Position numbers and translations under genes: made by a program. Positions 12,827 to 24,248 of a stretch of 31,566 nt of DNA are shown here, piece after piece. The stretch's first letter is position 1. Each line of letters starts with the position of its first letter. The notes under the pieces are model-generated. The model did not search any database, was not told where the DNA came from, and was given only the letters and a program-made list of their open reading frames with translations. The DNA is from Catajapyx aquilonaris (lineage: Eukaryota), in contig KZ538029.1 of the NCBI GenBank assembly GCA_000934665.2, forward strand, positions 124,001-155,566, given 5' to 3'.

Positions 12827-13080
12827 ATGAACAGTGCACCGAAGCCTCTGTTGTTTAAGTCACTTAGGGAGCTTCCTTCAGTGAAACCCCGAGCTTCTAG
12901 CCGATTTCCACGTCTGGACTTATCGCGATTTCCTCCGACGCTCGCGGAAGTCTTCGTACATATCGTCCTTCCCATCACAACCCCTGTTGGAGCTGTGCCT
13001 CTTCTCACCAAAGAAGAGATGAAGGAAGTGGATCACGCATGCTCTTTTAGAGAGTATCGGAAGTTCTTTGGTATGTCTCA

Positions 13081-13147
<67 letters not shown>

Positions 13148-14159
13148 GATATGCAACAATTTTGAGCGGCTCTGCTGCTGCAGATTGCGATAACCTAGAT
13201 AAGCCAATACACGCATGCCATTTTTGCATGGCATCGTCTTGAGTTTGGACGTATCTCCTTGGTAATGCAACATGCGTACAGTCATTGTTTAGGGCTATAA
13301 AAAATACTAGTGAATGCGGTATCTCCATGTTCTCCTCATGATCGTGCACGTTAACATAATCCTGTCAATTCTCCACGCCCGCGTGCTTAACGTTTTCCAA
13401 CTTATTCTCAGCATATTTATGTAAGTGATCTCATGTAGGTTATTATTGATATTGTTATTAACATGCAAGTAACATTAAGTTGCTTTTATTTGCCAGTTAA
13501 GAAGCATGAAGAATTGCAAGATTTTGAGACAAACCCTCTCTCGGACATTGCTCTGGAACTCTACGCTGAAGTCATTCGCTTCACCAAGTACGAACCTTAT
13601 TATTTTGTATGCTGTGTTTCACTATGATGCACCTAATTATTATATTACCAACGTGCAATTAATTCGCTCCAATATTTCAGGCTTCACGAGTGGTCGACAG
13701 AAAAAATGTCGTACTTTCTGGGAATAGTGTCGCTCACCCACAAATATTTCATGTCGTCCAGGTTCCGAAATGCTGATGGCACATGGAAATACTTCAAGGA
13801 GCTCATGTTGAACCACACTCTGCAGGTAATTTTGGAGATATACAAAATATGACTTTGATAAATTCGTGTGATGTAGAATTGTGTATAGGGGCTCGTCTCA
13901 CAGAAACATTGTATTTCGTGCACTATAGTGTTAATTACATGCAATAATATTTCAGAGGCCTCCATTCAGCAAGGAGGTGTTCACTCCAGAAGAGAGCTAC
14001 CTTGGTGTGAGCCACATAGTGAGGATCTACTTCCACCACCTAGTTCTGATGCAGTGTTTCATTTTGCCCAATTACATCCTCCACATCCCTCTGGAAGGAG
14101 TCGATCTCCCTCCATCAGCACCTGAAGCGTCACAATCGACTGTCAAGATAGTAACTTAA
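12827..14159 (+). CDS. CFAP119: CFAP119/CCDC189-like cilia/flagella protein (C1a-32/CLAMP family), ~227 aa
   Basis: Exons 12827-13070, 13497-13587, 13681-13825, 13956-14159 join in phase (1,2,0) through GT-AG introns. The translation contains IALELYAEVIRFTKLHEWSTEKMSYFLGIV...YFKELMLNHTLQRPPFSKEVFT...IYFHH, matching family motifs as I recall them (FSxEKTS, RPPFS, YFRH). Exact orthology and start codon are not proven. Confidence 0.8.
13082..13147. repeat. (ATT)n microsatellite in intron 1 of the CFAP119-like gene
   Basis: About 22 ATT units starting 11 nt after the donor; explains the poly-Ile and poly-Asn ORFs. Confidence 0.97.
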
Positions 14160-17100
14160 AAATCATACGTGTCCAAATTGTTTCAATAACTGTTTAGAAA
14201 TCGACATGTAGTACCGCATTGCATTGTACCAGCCCCGAGCATGTACAGCCAAAAAAGTAATAGTAAACGTAGATGAGGACAATAGAACAATGACATTATC
14301 GTAACCATGGTTTCGCCATTGCGATCATGGCAAATTCTTGGGACGGAAGTAGCTTCAAAGCTTACCGATGATCGTTGTGCACCTAGGGTTCACTGTGTTT
14401 CTGCTGCATGCACGACGCCTGCACATACTTCAAATCCTTTTGACTCTCTTTTTGTAAGTACAGGGCAACTGTGGGTCTATACCTTGCCAGCAGATATGAA
14501 CACTTTCTAAGAATTTGGGTTGGGAATCATATCATTTCAGCTGAAGACGTAGGATGGAAGTCATCGCGATGGGCAGGAGGACACTTGGTAATGCACGTGG
14601 TATGTCATTCTAAAACTCACTTTGTGATGTGATTTTAGAATATTTTAAGCACTTACCCGCTGAATTTGTAAAATACCATAGTGGGACGCATTGATATTAT
14701 CGTCAGTTTTAGTGTTGAATTTCCATGTCTTATGATAATTGTGCATTTATTGGTCACAGCGATCAACATATTTGATGCACCACAAAAATGAATCCAGCCT
14801 GCAGTGTGGCAACAGTGATGATGACATCGTTCAAATATTCAGAGAAGAAATTTATAAGTCCAGCTCCAGCTGTAAGGACATTGTAGGCTACTGTACTCTG
14901 TTCGGAGATTAATGTAGTTGCGTCAATAACACAGTGATGTTTTTGCGTATTTCAGGTGAAACAAGTGCTGTGTCTCGGAGGTGTCGGGTTTTTTAATGAC
15001 TGGCCAATTTGACTGTTTTAAAATTGAATGATAAAACACATTTCGATTGTGATGAATTTACTGACAGCACTTCTTCTGTCAAAGAGTGTGACACCATCAT
15101 GCTGTATTTTAAAAAGGGTTTCCAAAGCTGGTTATCCAGCTTAGCATAAAAATGGACAGTAATAAAGTGTTTCATGACAAAAAAAAATATATATTTTTGT
15201 GATAATCACTAATTAGGTTTTAAATTATTGTTGAGAGCTGCAGTTTAAGTTAATTTGTGGATATGGCACTTAAAACTTCCATTAGCTCTTAACAGTAAGT
15301 TACAAGAGCATGAGATGATGAGCCATATTTCTTACTACTCATCTTTGGCGTATCATGATTCATGGGATATTGGGATTCCTTTTATTTCAGCATAGCTCAT
15401 AGGCTTTGGGTAATACATGAACGTGACGATTTGACAAATACTTTTTGCACTACTGCGAGAAACTGCTGGCATTAATATTCATTCATAATCGTCATATTGA
15501 ATAGAATAATACATGTGTTGCGCACGACTTTCGAACTTCTTGGTCTCCGCTGCTATTTTATACGTAATCGGCACACGTTTTCTGTAAGAATATAACAAGA
15601 AATAAAGTTAATATGAGAGTTAGATGTGTCGAGCGTGTATTCTTATAATTTGAAACATATTGTTGTGGTTAGATGCTGAATAAATAATTGGTTTACTGTT
15701 TGGATTAGAATATATTGCACTGATTGCAAAATTAAAATATGAAGTACAGAACGACCAGAGTCATATTTGGTTCAAAGTTTAGTCTGGCAATTTGTAGAAA
15801 AGTCCTTTCAGATGATCAGATCTGTTTTTATGTCTACCCAATTACAAACGTGTTTGAAATTTTTAATCAACAATAATGCAATCTTAAAACCCCCATCGCT
15901 CTAAATTTAGTCAAAATAAGTGACTATGACCTCACTGCATTTCAGGGATACATAAATGTAAATAGAGTTGCAATTACCTTACTCTCAAAGTGCTCATATA
16001 AAGCCTGCAGTGCCTCACAGGGAACATACACTTAGAATGTTCTTAATTATCACAGGCTTATTAAGTGCACATTGCCACACTTCTCCTTGGATTTTGCTGA
16101 CAATAGGCAATTGAAGCAAGGATTATTTGGGTACCAATCGCTTCCCATACGAAATTATTATATTAGAAACATATTTCCTAATGTTTCTTTCGTAGGTGGA
16201 ACTCCCCTTTTCAAGGAATTGGGCATTTTTATTGCTTGAAGAGTGATCACTTTACCGTTCATGATGCCACATGCGTGCGAGTGTTTTATGGCGTCCATGC
16301 AATGGAATTCTTAAGACGCTATTGATCCAAAAATGACTGCCGTTTCATGCAGTGGAGCTAGGGTATATGCAAAAAAAGACCTTTTACATACTCAAGCACT
16401 GTACGTCAAGGCGTACAATGGCGTTCCGGCCTCGTCATTTTTTTTGTTATCAATTTATTACATTAATGGGCCTATTTTTCCCCCTTAGCTTTTTTGACAT
16501 ACAGTTTATTCCTACGTGGACAGTTGTATCAGAGATAAAAATGGTCTAATTCATAATATTATGATTGTATTGATTTATTCTGAAGGGAGCGGTAAACTCT
16601 TATGGGTTCAAAGTACTGATCGGATTTCTAGTCATACACCGGCATGAAAATGCCACCATTTTCTGAGGAATTAAGTTTTCGTAATGTTATATTTCATGAA
16701 CTGATATTTGCGTATTGGTCGTGGTTTTAATTTTGAAAATTAAGTACTGGCTTTTCAAAACTGCTGAATGCCTTTTTCATAGGGAAGTGTCGTGATACCG
16801 TACCGTAATAAGTAATTGCATTGTATGTTTGTTGTACTGGGTGGTGAATTGGTGGCCTACCATTCAACACTGATATTATAGTGGAATATAATATTGTAAT
16901 GGGCTTTTTGAAGTCATTGCGAGTGTTTTTTGAAGATCAAGGAGCTATGTGGGGGGATCACAATGATTGATGAACAACGTGTGCCATTTTTTTATTTATT
17001 CATTAATATAGCATTACCACATTCAGATATTTGCATTACTTGCTTCATTATACATGGCAAATTAATCATAGTGAATCTAAATAAAATGTTTGTGATGAAT

Positions 17101-17460
17101 ATTCCGGATCTAGTCGTATAAGTTCTGCTATTGAACACTTGCACCTATACCCCAATGAAGACGACATATTTTATGTAAGACAGAAAATGAAACTATATAT
17201 TGCATTATGACCAGTTGTGCATTATTTGTGTTCTTTCATTATAAAACCATGCTTTTATACTACAGCAAGTAATACTGTTGTGGTCGTGCATAAGAATAAA
17301 ATTATTCTTGAATTATATGCACTTCGGCAGGCCTATATACACTGAATATTGTCATTGAAATTATGCAACAATGCGAGTTCCAATTTTTACTCCCAAGGAA
17401 AAGTAAAATACTCTTTAAACAAAATGATTCATAGTACCAAAAACTTGTGAAATTCTTGAG

Positions 17461-18022
17461 CTGGTATGGGCCGCAGTTATATTAACAATGATTATAAACA
17501 AAACGGAACAAGTGGATTGATTACCTTTGCTTCCAAATACAAATGATGAGCGTCTTTTTTGTATTCTTGGTCAGCAATCAGCAGATTCTTCCCAGACAAG
17601 CGACTAATTCTCTGATGTGCTTTTATGCAAAACTCGTCTTATACTGATGACATTTGTTTTTGGAGAGATTTAGAATTTTTTTAGAACTCTAGTGAAAAAA
17701 TGCTCTCGGAACTCACGGGCACGCATCGCTGTGTAGCCCAGGGTATATCCTGTGACGTGGAATTATTCGTGGTATGTCTGCAGGGACATTTTTCTGCCGA
17801 TGGAGCTACGTGTACGTGGCGCATGTCTCTCATGATGAGTAATGCGATACGGTCGTTCTTCTGCCTCCACTGCAATGACTATGAAATCTCATGAACTCTG
17901 GTCATTGTGCACCTGAAGTACACACGACCATGTAGGCCCAGCAAAAGCAATTATAAATGCCATTATATTACATTCTTACTTGAAACAAGCAGCACAAGGA
18001 ACAGATTCTTACAAGAATCCAT
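17461..18022 (-). pseudogene. Degenerate paralog of the 11-kb secreted 4-Cys gene (residual 52-aa ORF with signal peptide)
   Basis: Signal exon 18022-17980 (MDSCKNLFLVLLVS, phase-1 A|GTAAGA). Exon 17878-17717 reads IIAVEA EERPY...SLQTYHE* (cf. CMSVYHQF), with a premature TAA at 17765-17763. Exon ~17619-17525 reads HIRELVACL [frameshift] KNLLIADQEYKKDAHHLYLEAK|gt (cf. PIQRLVNCM...DSK|gt). CCA TAC CAG (PYQ) at 17469-17461. Confidence 0.6.
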
Positions 18023-18062
18023 GTTATTATCTGAAACCGATCAGCAGGTAAATGCAGTTAAA

Positions 18063-18117
18063 ATTATTGGAGTTTTCTGATCTGTTATAATATAACATAT
18101 CAGAAAACTCCAATAAT
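18063..18117. repeat. Near-perfect 55-bp palindrome/hairpin
   Basis: ATTATTGGAGTTTTCTGAT-C-TGTTATA / A / TATAACA-T-ATCAGAAAACTCCAATAAT: 27-bp arms, one mismatch, 1-nt centre. Confidence 0.9.
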
Positions 18118-18524
18118 ATAATCGCTCGTAATTCACTAGTAAATTCAAACATACTGTCTGTACCAAACATGTAATCCACTTTCAATAACAGATGTGAATA
18201 TGAATCTGTTCTAAACCGAGAATGAGTTGACGTACTTCATGGAGATTTCCTCACTTATATGTTAGTAGCAAAGCCGGGTAATGAAAGGAGGTTATTCTAG
18301 TATCTTAGTGGACATATCGCAAGTTACGAAATGAGGACAATGGACAATGAGATTTGATGAAGGTTTTGCGCATGTTTATTGCGAGAATAATTTATTGTCG
18401 CCGAGGATTCAATATGGAAGTTTAACATAACTGGATATTTGTAAGGTTAACAGTATCATTTACACATTTTCCATCGTTTTGATATATTAAGAACTAAAAC
18501 ACAAACCGAACAGCGAACTCTTAC

Positions 18525-19643
18525 TTACTTAGTGGCAGACCCCATGAAGTGACTAGATACGCAATAAAGAGGGATTTTCATCTTCCAAGAAACCAGGTCG
18601 TCCTTCAGCCAAAAGCGCTCATATTCGCACTTTGAAAACCCTGCCTTCTCCAGAGCAATGGTCATGTTCCTGTTGACGTGGCAACCAGCTGAAGCAAGTG
18701 TCCACATCCCCGACATTTCGACCCAGTCCTGAATAGTGTGCCTCCACGTGCCTGGCAAGTCGTGCGAGTGCTCCAGGAACAGGTACTTGCCACCCTGTGA
18801 AACATAAATGATATCGTTCCGTGACATTGTTCAACATTTCCAGAGGAGTTACTATGCAGAGTGATGCACTCTTCCGTGTAGTATGAAACACCCTGTAAAG
18901 CTTACCGGCACAAGCACTCTTCTTATCTCACGTAGCACCTGCTCAATGTTTGTCACACTGCAGAGGACGTTGGTGACGGCGACCACGTCCACGCTGTTGT
19001 CCGGCACATCCCGCATGTCTTCACCTGTCGTTTGATGAAACTTTTCGATGACCAAGTGACTTGCATGGGCGCAGTTTTGCAACAGGTAGCCATTGAAGTA
19101 AGGGTTGGGCTCAACTAATATGACCCGACTGCCAGCTGGGAAGTATTGGAAGTTGCATCCTGAAAGAGTTCACGGTATTATAGCACTTTTATTCTTTGGG
19201 AAATAAATAGACGCAAGCACTAACCAGATCCTGCTCCAACTTCGAGAATTCGCAAATGTTCGCCATTTGTCGACTGATTCTCACTCTCATATAGGACCTT
19301 AAATAGCTTTTCTCTATAATCATGCAGCACCCTGTTGAGGTCCGGAGTAATGTGCGTGGCGAACAGATAGGCAAAGAATCTGAAATCGTAACTGTGTGTT
19401 TTATTACTGCCAGTATAGCACTTGTCAATTGCAAATAATGATTTCTAAAAATGCATAACAACTGAGGGTATACTGTACGTAGGCGGTTTGAGTATTTCCA
19501 CGATATGTAACTGGGTTAACCAATCGCAATGCGGCATTTTACCTGTCTCGAACAGTCTTCAGGGCATTCTTCCTCAGAAGTAGTCCTACTAAGACGCTAA
19601 ATATGACAAGTTGGTAGACGTACGACGTCACCCACTCCAACAT
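18525..19643 (-). CDS. METTL7A: METTL7A/TMT1A-like thiol methyltransferase, copy 1 (intact, 259 aa)
   Basis: Exons 19643-19543, 19379-19225, 19159-18906, 18794-18525 (101+155+254+270 = 780 nt). Hydrophobic N-terminal anchor, SAM motif I ILEVGAGSGCNF, LVEPNP, DNSVDVV, VLCSV, EIRRVLVPGGKYLFLEH. AATAAA at 18396-18391 and 18380-18375. Confidence 0.93.
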
Positions 19644-19910
19644 GCTGGAGGCCCAAGCAATGTCCGAGGCAGATCTATATAGTCAATAATTATAAATCAC
19701 AATATTAGCACCAATAACCAGCCAAAGATCTTCAAATGTCTAGAATTACTATTCAGTTGGATCCCTCATTTGGAAATTACACATTTAGACATATACGTAC
19801 ATATACTCGTACATATAGATATATACATATCACATATGTATATATATGATGGGATAATATTCGTAAAGCAGTACACGTCGGCAGGTTATGCAGTACTATA
19901 TGTTGCAGTG

Positions 19911-20090
19911 CGACTACTTACTATCCCAGGGCAGCCTTACTCTACTGCAGATGGAGTGTAACCTTCAATATCAGTCCTTCACCCTGTTATTATAGACTGG
20001 GACCCGATTAGATAATACGGAACACGAGTGTCTGATTTGCGACACTAAAAAGTTACTCGGATGTGATTGGGTTTGCTATTGGCTTGTATT
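19911..20090 (-). promoter_or_regulatory. Putative promoter and non-coding first exon of METTL7 copy 1 (paralogous blocks at 23461-23600 and 28761-28915)
   Basis: Block conserved upstream of copies 1-3 with a minus-strand GTAAGT donor, a CCAAT box (ATTGG at 20078, 23587, 28901) and a TATA-like TATAATAA in copies 1 and 3. A matching acceptor lies ~30 nt before each ATG. Confidence 0.55.
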
Positions 20091-20624
20091 CGTAGTAGTA
20101 AGTAGTAAGTAAGACCTCCGTGGGGGAATGAAAGTGCTAAAACAAGGCAGGCGCACGTAAGACCTTCACCAATTAATTTAAGCTGCATACCATTGGTCTT
20201 ACTCAAGCAATTTCTAATTCACTGCTCATGAAGTCTCCTTTCTGAAAACAATGGGTGGAATTTTCCATGGGCCACTCCATGTAAGTGTTTTCTGAAATTA
20301 TGAATTTCTATATACGATTGGTGCGAATTTATTGCCATGAAACATTTATGCAGAATCGTCACCTCTTTTAGATGCTGATTTTAACTATAATGTTTAATTT
20401 TTCACGTGTAAACGTAAATTGGTGAATTTTAGAGGGTATTTTTCGATTGAATTAATCATTTTTCAGGCGCGAAAATTTTCAAGTCTGTGAGGATGGGTGC
20501 AGTTGCTTTTTTTCTATTCAAAATAAAACCCCGCCTTCTACTCTTTATTGCGAGAATTTTATTGTCGCCGAGGATTCAATATGGAAGTTTAACATAGGTC
20601 GATATTTGGTATGTTAACAGTATA

Positions 20625-21058
20625 CAGGGTGTATCTGAACTCAGTGCCCCGACGTATATGACTGCCTTCCTAGCCACCAGAGGATCAACTTATGTAGAGG
20701 AGTCATTATGTCTGGGGAGCCTCATTAGCCTACTGAGATACACTCTTTAGCGATTCTTGCCTAATCGCTCCTTCTGACTTTTAAATAGAATTTTCTGGTG
20801 TAACTAGCCAAAGAGGCCTTACCACCTGTGGGCAACAAACCAACAAAGTCCGGCCTCCAGACCTTCCAGAGCCTTCTGACTGGGGGAGGGTTCGATGGGT
20901 GGCCTAACCGACAGGATATTTTGTACTACAATCATGTTTGCGGCCAATTATCTCCGTAATGAGGCTGCCCAGACATATGACTCCTATACTTAAATCGATC
21001 CTCTGGTGGCTAGGAAGGCAGTCATATACGTCGGGGCACTGAGTTCAGATACACCCTG
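20625..21058. mobile_element. Tc1/mariner-type MITE (~434 bp) in the 3'UTR of METTL7 copy 2
   Basis: TIRs CAGGGTGTATCTGAACTCAGTGCCCCGACG..., ~60 bp perfect and ~100 bp imperfect; TA on the left. Absent at the paralogous site behind copy 1 (~18455). Confidence 0.88.
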
Positions 21059-21125
21059 TTTAATTCACACATTTTCCATCTTATTGATGCATCAATAACT
21101 ACAACACAAACCGAACAACGAACTC

Positions 21126-22213
21126 TTACTTAGTGGCAGACCCCATGAAGTGACTAGCTGCGAAATAAATAAGCCATTTATACTTCCAAGGAACCAGATC
21201 GACATTCACCGAGAAACGCTCATATTCGCACTTTGAAAACCCTGCCTTCTCCAGAGCAATGGTCATGTTCCTGTTGACGTGGCAACCAGCTGAAGCAAGT
21301 GTCCACATCCCCGACATTTCGACCCAGTTCTGAAGAGTGTGTCTCCACGTGCCTGGCAAGTCGTGCGAGTGCTCCAGGAACAGGTACTTGCCACCCTGTG
21401 AAACATAAATGATAATATCGTTCCGTGACATTGTTCAACATTTCCAGAGGAGTTACTATGCAGAGTGATGCACTCTTCCGTGTAGTATGAAACACCCTGT
21501 AAGGCTTACCGGCACAAGCACTCTTCTTATCTCACGTAGCACCTGCTCAATGTTTGTCACACTGCAGAGGACGTTGGTGACGGCGACCACGTCTACGCTG
21601 TTGTCCGGCACATCCCGCATGTCTTCACCTGTCGTTTGATGAAACTTTTCGATGACCAAGTGACTTGCACGGGCGCAGTTTTGCAACAAGTAACTATTGA
21701 AGTAAGGGTTGGGCTCAACTAATATGACCCGACTGCCTGCAGGGTAGTATTGGAAGTTGCATCCTGAAAGATTTCACGGCATAGCACCTTTCTTCTTTGG
21801 GAAATAAATAGACGCAAGCACTAACCAGATCCTGCTCCAACTTCGAGAATTCGCAAATGTTCGCCATTTTTTGACTGATTTTCACTCTCATGTAGGACCT
21901 TAAAGAGCTTTTCTCTGTAAGCATGCAGCAACTTGTTGAGGTCCGGAGTAACGTGCGTGGCGAAGACATAAGCAAAGAATCTGAAATCGTAACTGTGTGT
22001 TTTATTACTGCCAGTAGCGCTTGTCAATTGCAAATAATGATTTCTAAAAATTCATGACAACTGAGGGTATACGGAGGAGGTTTGAGCATTTCCACGATAT
22101 ATGGCATTTTACCTCTCTTGAACTGTCTTCAGGGCATTCCTCCTCAGAAGAAGGCCTACTAAGACGCTAAATATGACAAGTTGGTAGACATACGACGTCA
22201 CCCACTCCAACAT
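21126..22213 (-). CDS. METTL7A: METTL7A/TMT1A-like thiol methyltransferase, copy 2 (intact, 259 aa)
   Basis: Exons 22213-22113, 21980-21826, 21763-21510, 21395-21126; same exon sizes, phases and motifs as copy 1; open frame throughout. Confidence 0.93.
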
Positions 22214-22275
22214 GCTAGAGGCTCAGGCAATGTCCGAGGCAGATCTATAGGCAATTATAAATCTCAATATTAGCA

Positions 22276-22591
22276 GGGGAGACGGAGTGGCGCCGCGGTA
22301 ACGCGCGCGCCCACGGAAGTTAAGGTCCCGGGTTCAATCCCCACCCGGGGTTCCCACCTTCTTTCGTGCAGAGTTGGGCCATCTCTGGCTTCGTTTCGGG
22401 TGGCAATTTCCGGCAGACTAAGCCACCCGGGGGAGTTCACAAAATGACGATTAGAGACATTGCACTTGCACTTTGCACATCCCCTCCCACCCACCCTTGG
22501 AGCATACTAATTAAGATTCTTCTTAAAGGTGGCAACCCACCCCCCCTAAGGAGTAGTATAACTCCCCCCGTGGGGTAATGAGAGGAAAAAA
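22276..22591 (+). mobile_element. tRNA-derived SINE (~316 bp)
   Basis: A-box-like TGGCGCCGCGG, B-box GGTTCAATCCC, A-rich tail, and a 17-bp TSD AAATCTCAATATTAGCA (22259-22275, 22592-22608). Empty site in copy 1 (~19694-19710). Confidence 0.92.
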
Positions 22592-23966
22592 AAATCTCAA
22601 TATTAGCAGTGTTAGCACCAATGACCCGCCAAAGATTTCAAATGTGTATAATTACTGTCCAATTAACTGAATTAAGTTGGATGCAGTATTACCATAATTT
22701 TGGCCAATGAAATCAAAGAATAAAAAGATATTTCCGTTCGTTCAAATGCGGCCTTTTGGAGTTAATAACGCCAATCATAAGCGACACTATAGGTGCCTCA
22801 ATAATATTATGTGACTGCAGGGAGTTGATGAATAATTATAAATAAGCATATTATATGTCTACGTAATTTATGAAATCATACTTTGCTGCAAAAATACGAT
22901 CAGTGTCTCTCTATATCTGACACAAAAGAGTCGCTCAGAGTTGTAATCCGGTGACGCAGGCGATGGATGATCTCGGGTCTACGCGTAATAAGTCTGTGAT
23001 TTCGGCTGACAACCAGTTTATTCCAGCTAATGTCAACCGAGGCTGCCGCAGATCATTTGCATATCTCATACAATGTGAGTGTGGGCTGTTGATAATACCT
23101 GCACGAAATAATCCTTATGTAAATGCGCATTTTCCTGTTCGGAATGTTTCTTTGTTAAATTAGAGAACTCCGTAAAGCAATAATAAAGGCGTAGTCGGCC
23201 CCAGGTTATCAGCGGTACCAATTAATATTGTTTCCAACCCCCAACTCCCGCGAATAAACTGTCACCTACATTATATACCCCTTTAACAGACTTACCTATA
23301 TTATAAATTTCATTTACAAATTACACATTTATACATCAACAATAACCATAATCAATAAAGTAGGATAGTTATATACAATGCCTACCAAACGTGTTTTACA
23401 CAGTAATATTCGTAAAGCAGTACACTTCCGTGCATGTTATGCATTACTATGTTACAGATCGACTACTTACCTATCCCAGGACAGCCTTACTTACTCTATA
23501 CTGCAGCTGGAGTACAACATTCAAGTCTTCAAGGAGTGTCTGATTTGCGACACTAAAAATTACTTGGATGTGTTTGCGTTTGCTAAATTGGCTTGTATTT
23601 CAGATAGAGAAAATGTCCCAATTCCATATTGTGTCAGATGTTCAGAATCTGCATTCGATAAGTAAAGGGATGTCAAAACTTGACCGCTTACAAGGTCGTC
23701 GGCTTTGAATAATTCATTAATTACTCTGTTCAAGCCCGGTTACACTAGGATGTTGACAGAAAATTATAAATGCGGCCGGCTATGCAGGGTGTTATGATAT
23801 TACTTAAAATATTTGCCGTAATCTGCAATATAAAGCTTAAAATTGAATCATGATCTTTATTTTACGTTGAACGGGACCATAAATATACTCCTTTCTGTAG
23901 GGTGATTATTATTTCAGTTACATACAGTATAGGCCTAGAATATGACGAACATTTGGCCAACTGTTA

Positions 23967-24116
23967 AGGCCATTTCACAAAAAAAATGTCGCGCGGCAAA
24001 CGGCGCGACTTGCGGCAAATTTTATTGTTGCCAACAATTGGCAACAATAAATATAAATAAAAATTTGCCGCAAGTCGCGCCGTTTGCCGCGCGACATTTT
24101 TTTTGTGAAATGGCCT
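23967..24116. mobile_element. PIF/Harbinger-type palindromic MITE (150 bp)
   Basis: AGGCCATTTCACAAAAAAAATGTCGCGCGGC...GCCGCGCGACATTTTTTTTGTGAAATGGCCT with ~58-bp TIRs and a TTA TSD (23964-23966, 24117-24119). Confidence 0.88.
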
Positions 24117-24173
24117 TTAGACTTGAGTTTGATGCTCTGAACTCGACATGTCCCTGGCACATTTTAAGTCTTA

Positions 24174-24248
24174 TGTAGAACCGTAAAGAGATTTTCTCTG
24201 TACGTATGTAGCAGACTGTTGTATTCCGGAGCCATGTGCTTGGAGAAG
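24174..24248 (-). pseudogene. Relic of METTL7 exon 2 (fifth copy)
   Basis: Translates FSKHMAPEYNSLLHTYRENLFTVLH, versus FSKHMAPEYNRLLHAYREKLFMVLQ in copy 4; no other exons nearby. Confidence 0.85.

Noticed and set aside
12920..13285. Poly-Asn ORF and the poly-Ile tail of the 12728 ORF
   Set aside because: Read-through of an intronic (ATT)n repeat; the real exon ends at 13070.
18521..18531. Extra intron at AA|GTAAGT overlapping the stop of copy 1 (AA|GTAAG also in copy 2)
   Set aside because: Copies 3 and 4 end with TAG at the same codon, and AATAAA signals follow, so this is the true C-terminus.
22276..22355. tRNA gene
   Set aside because: No proper acceptor stem; embedded in a 316-bp element with an A-tail and TSD, i.e. 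a SINE head.
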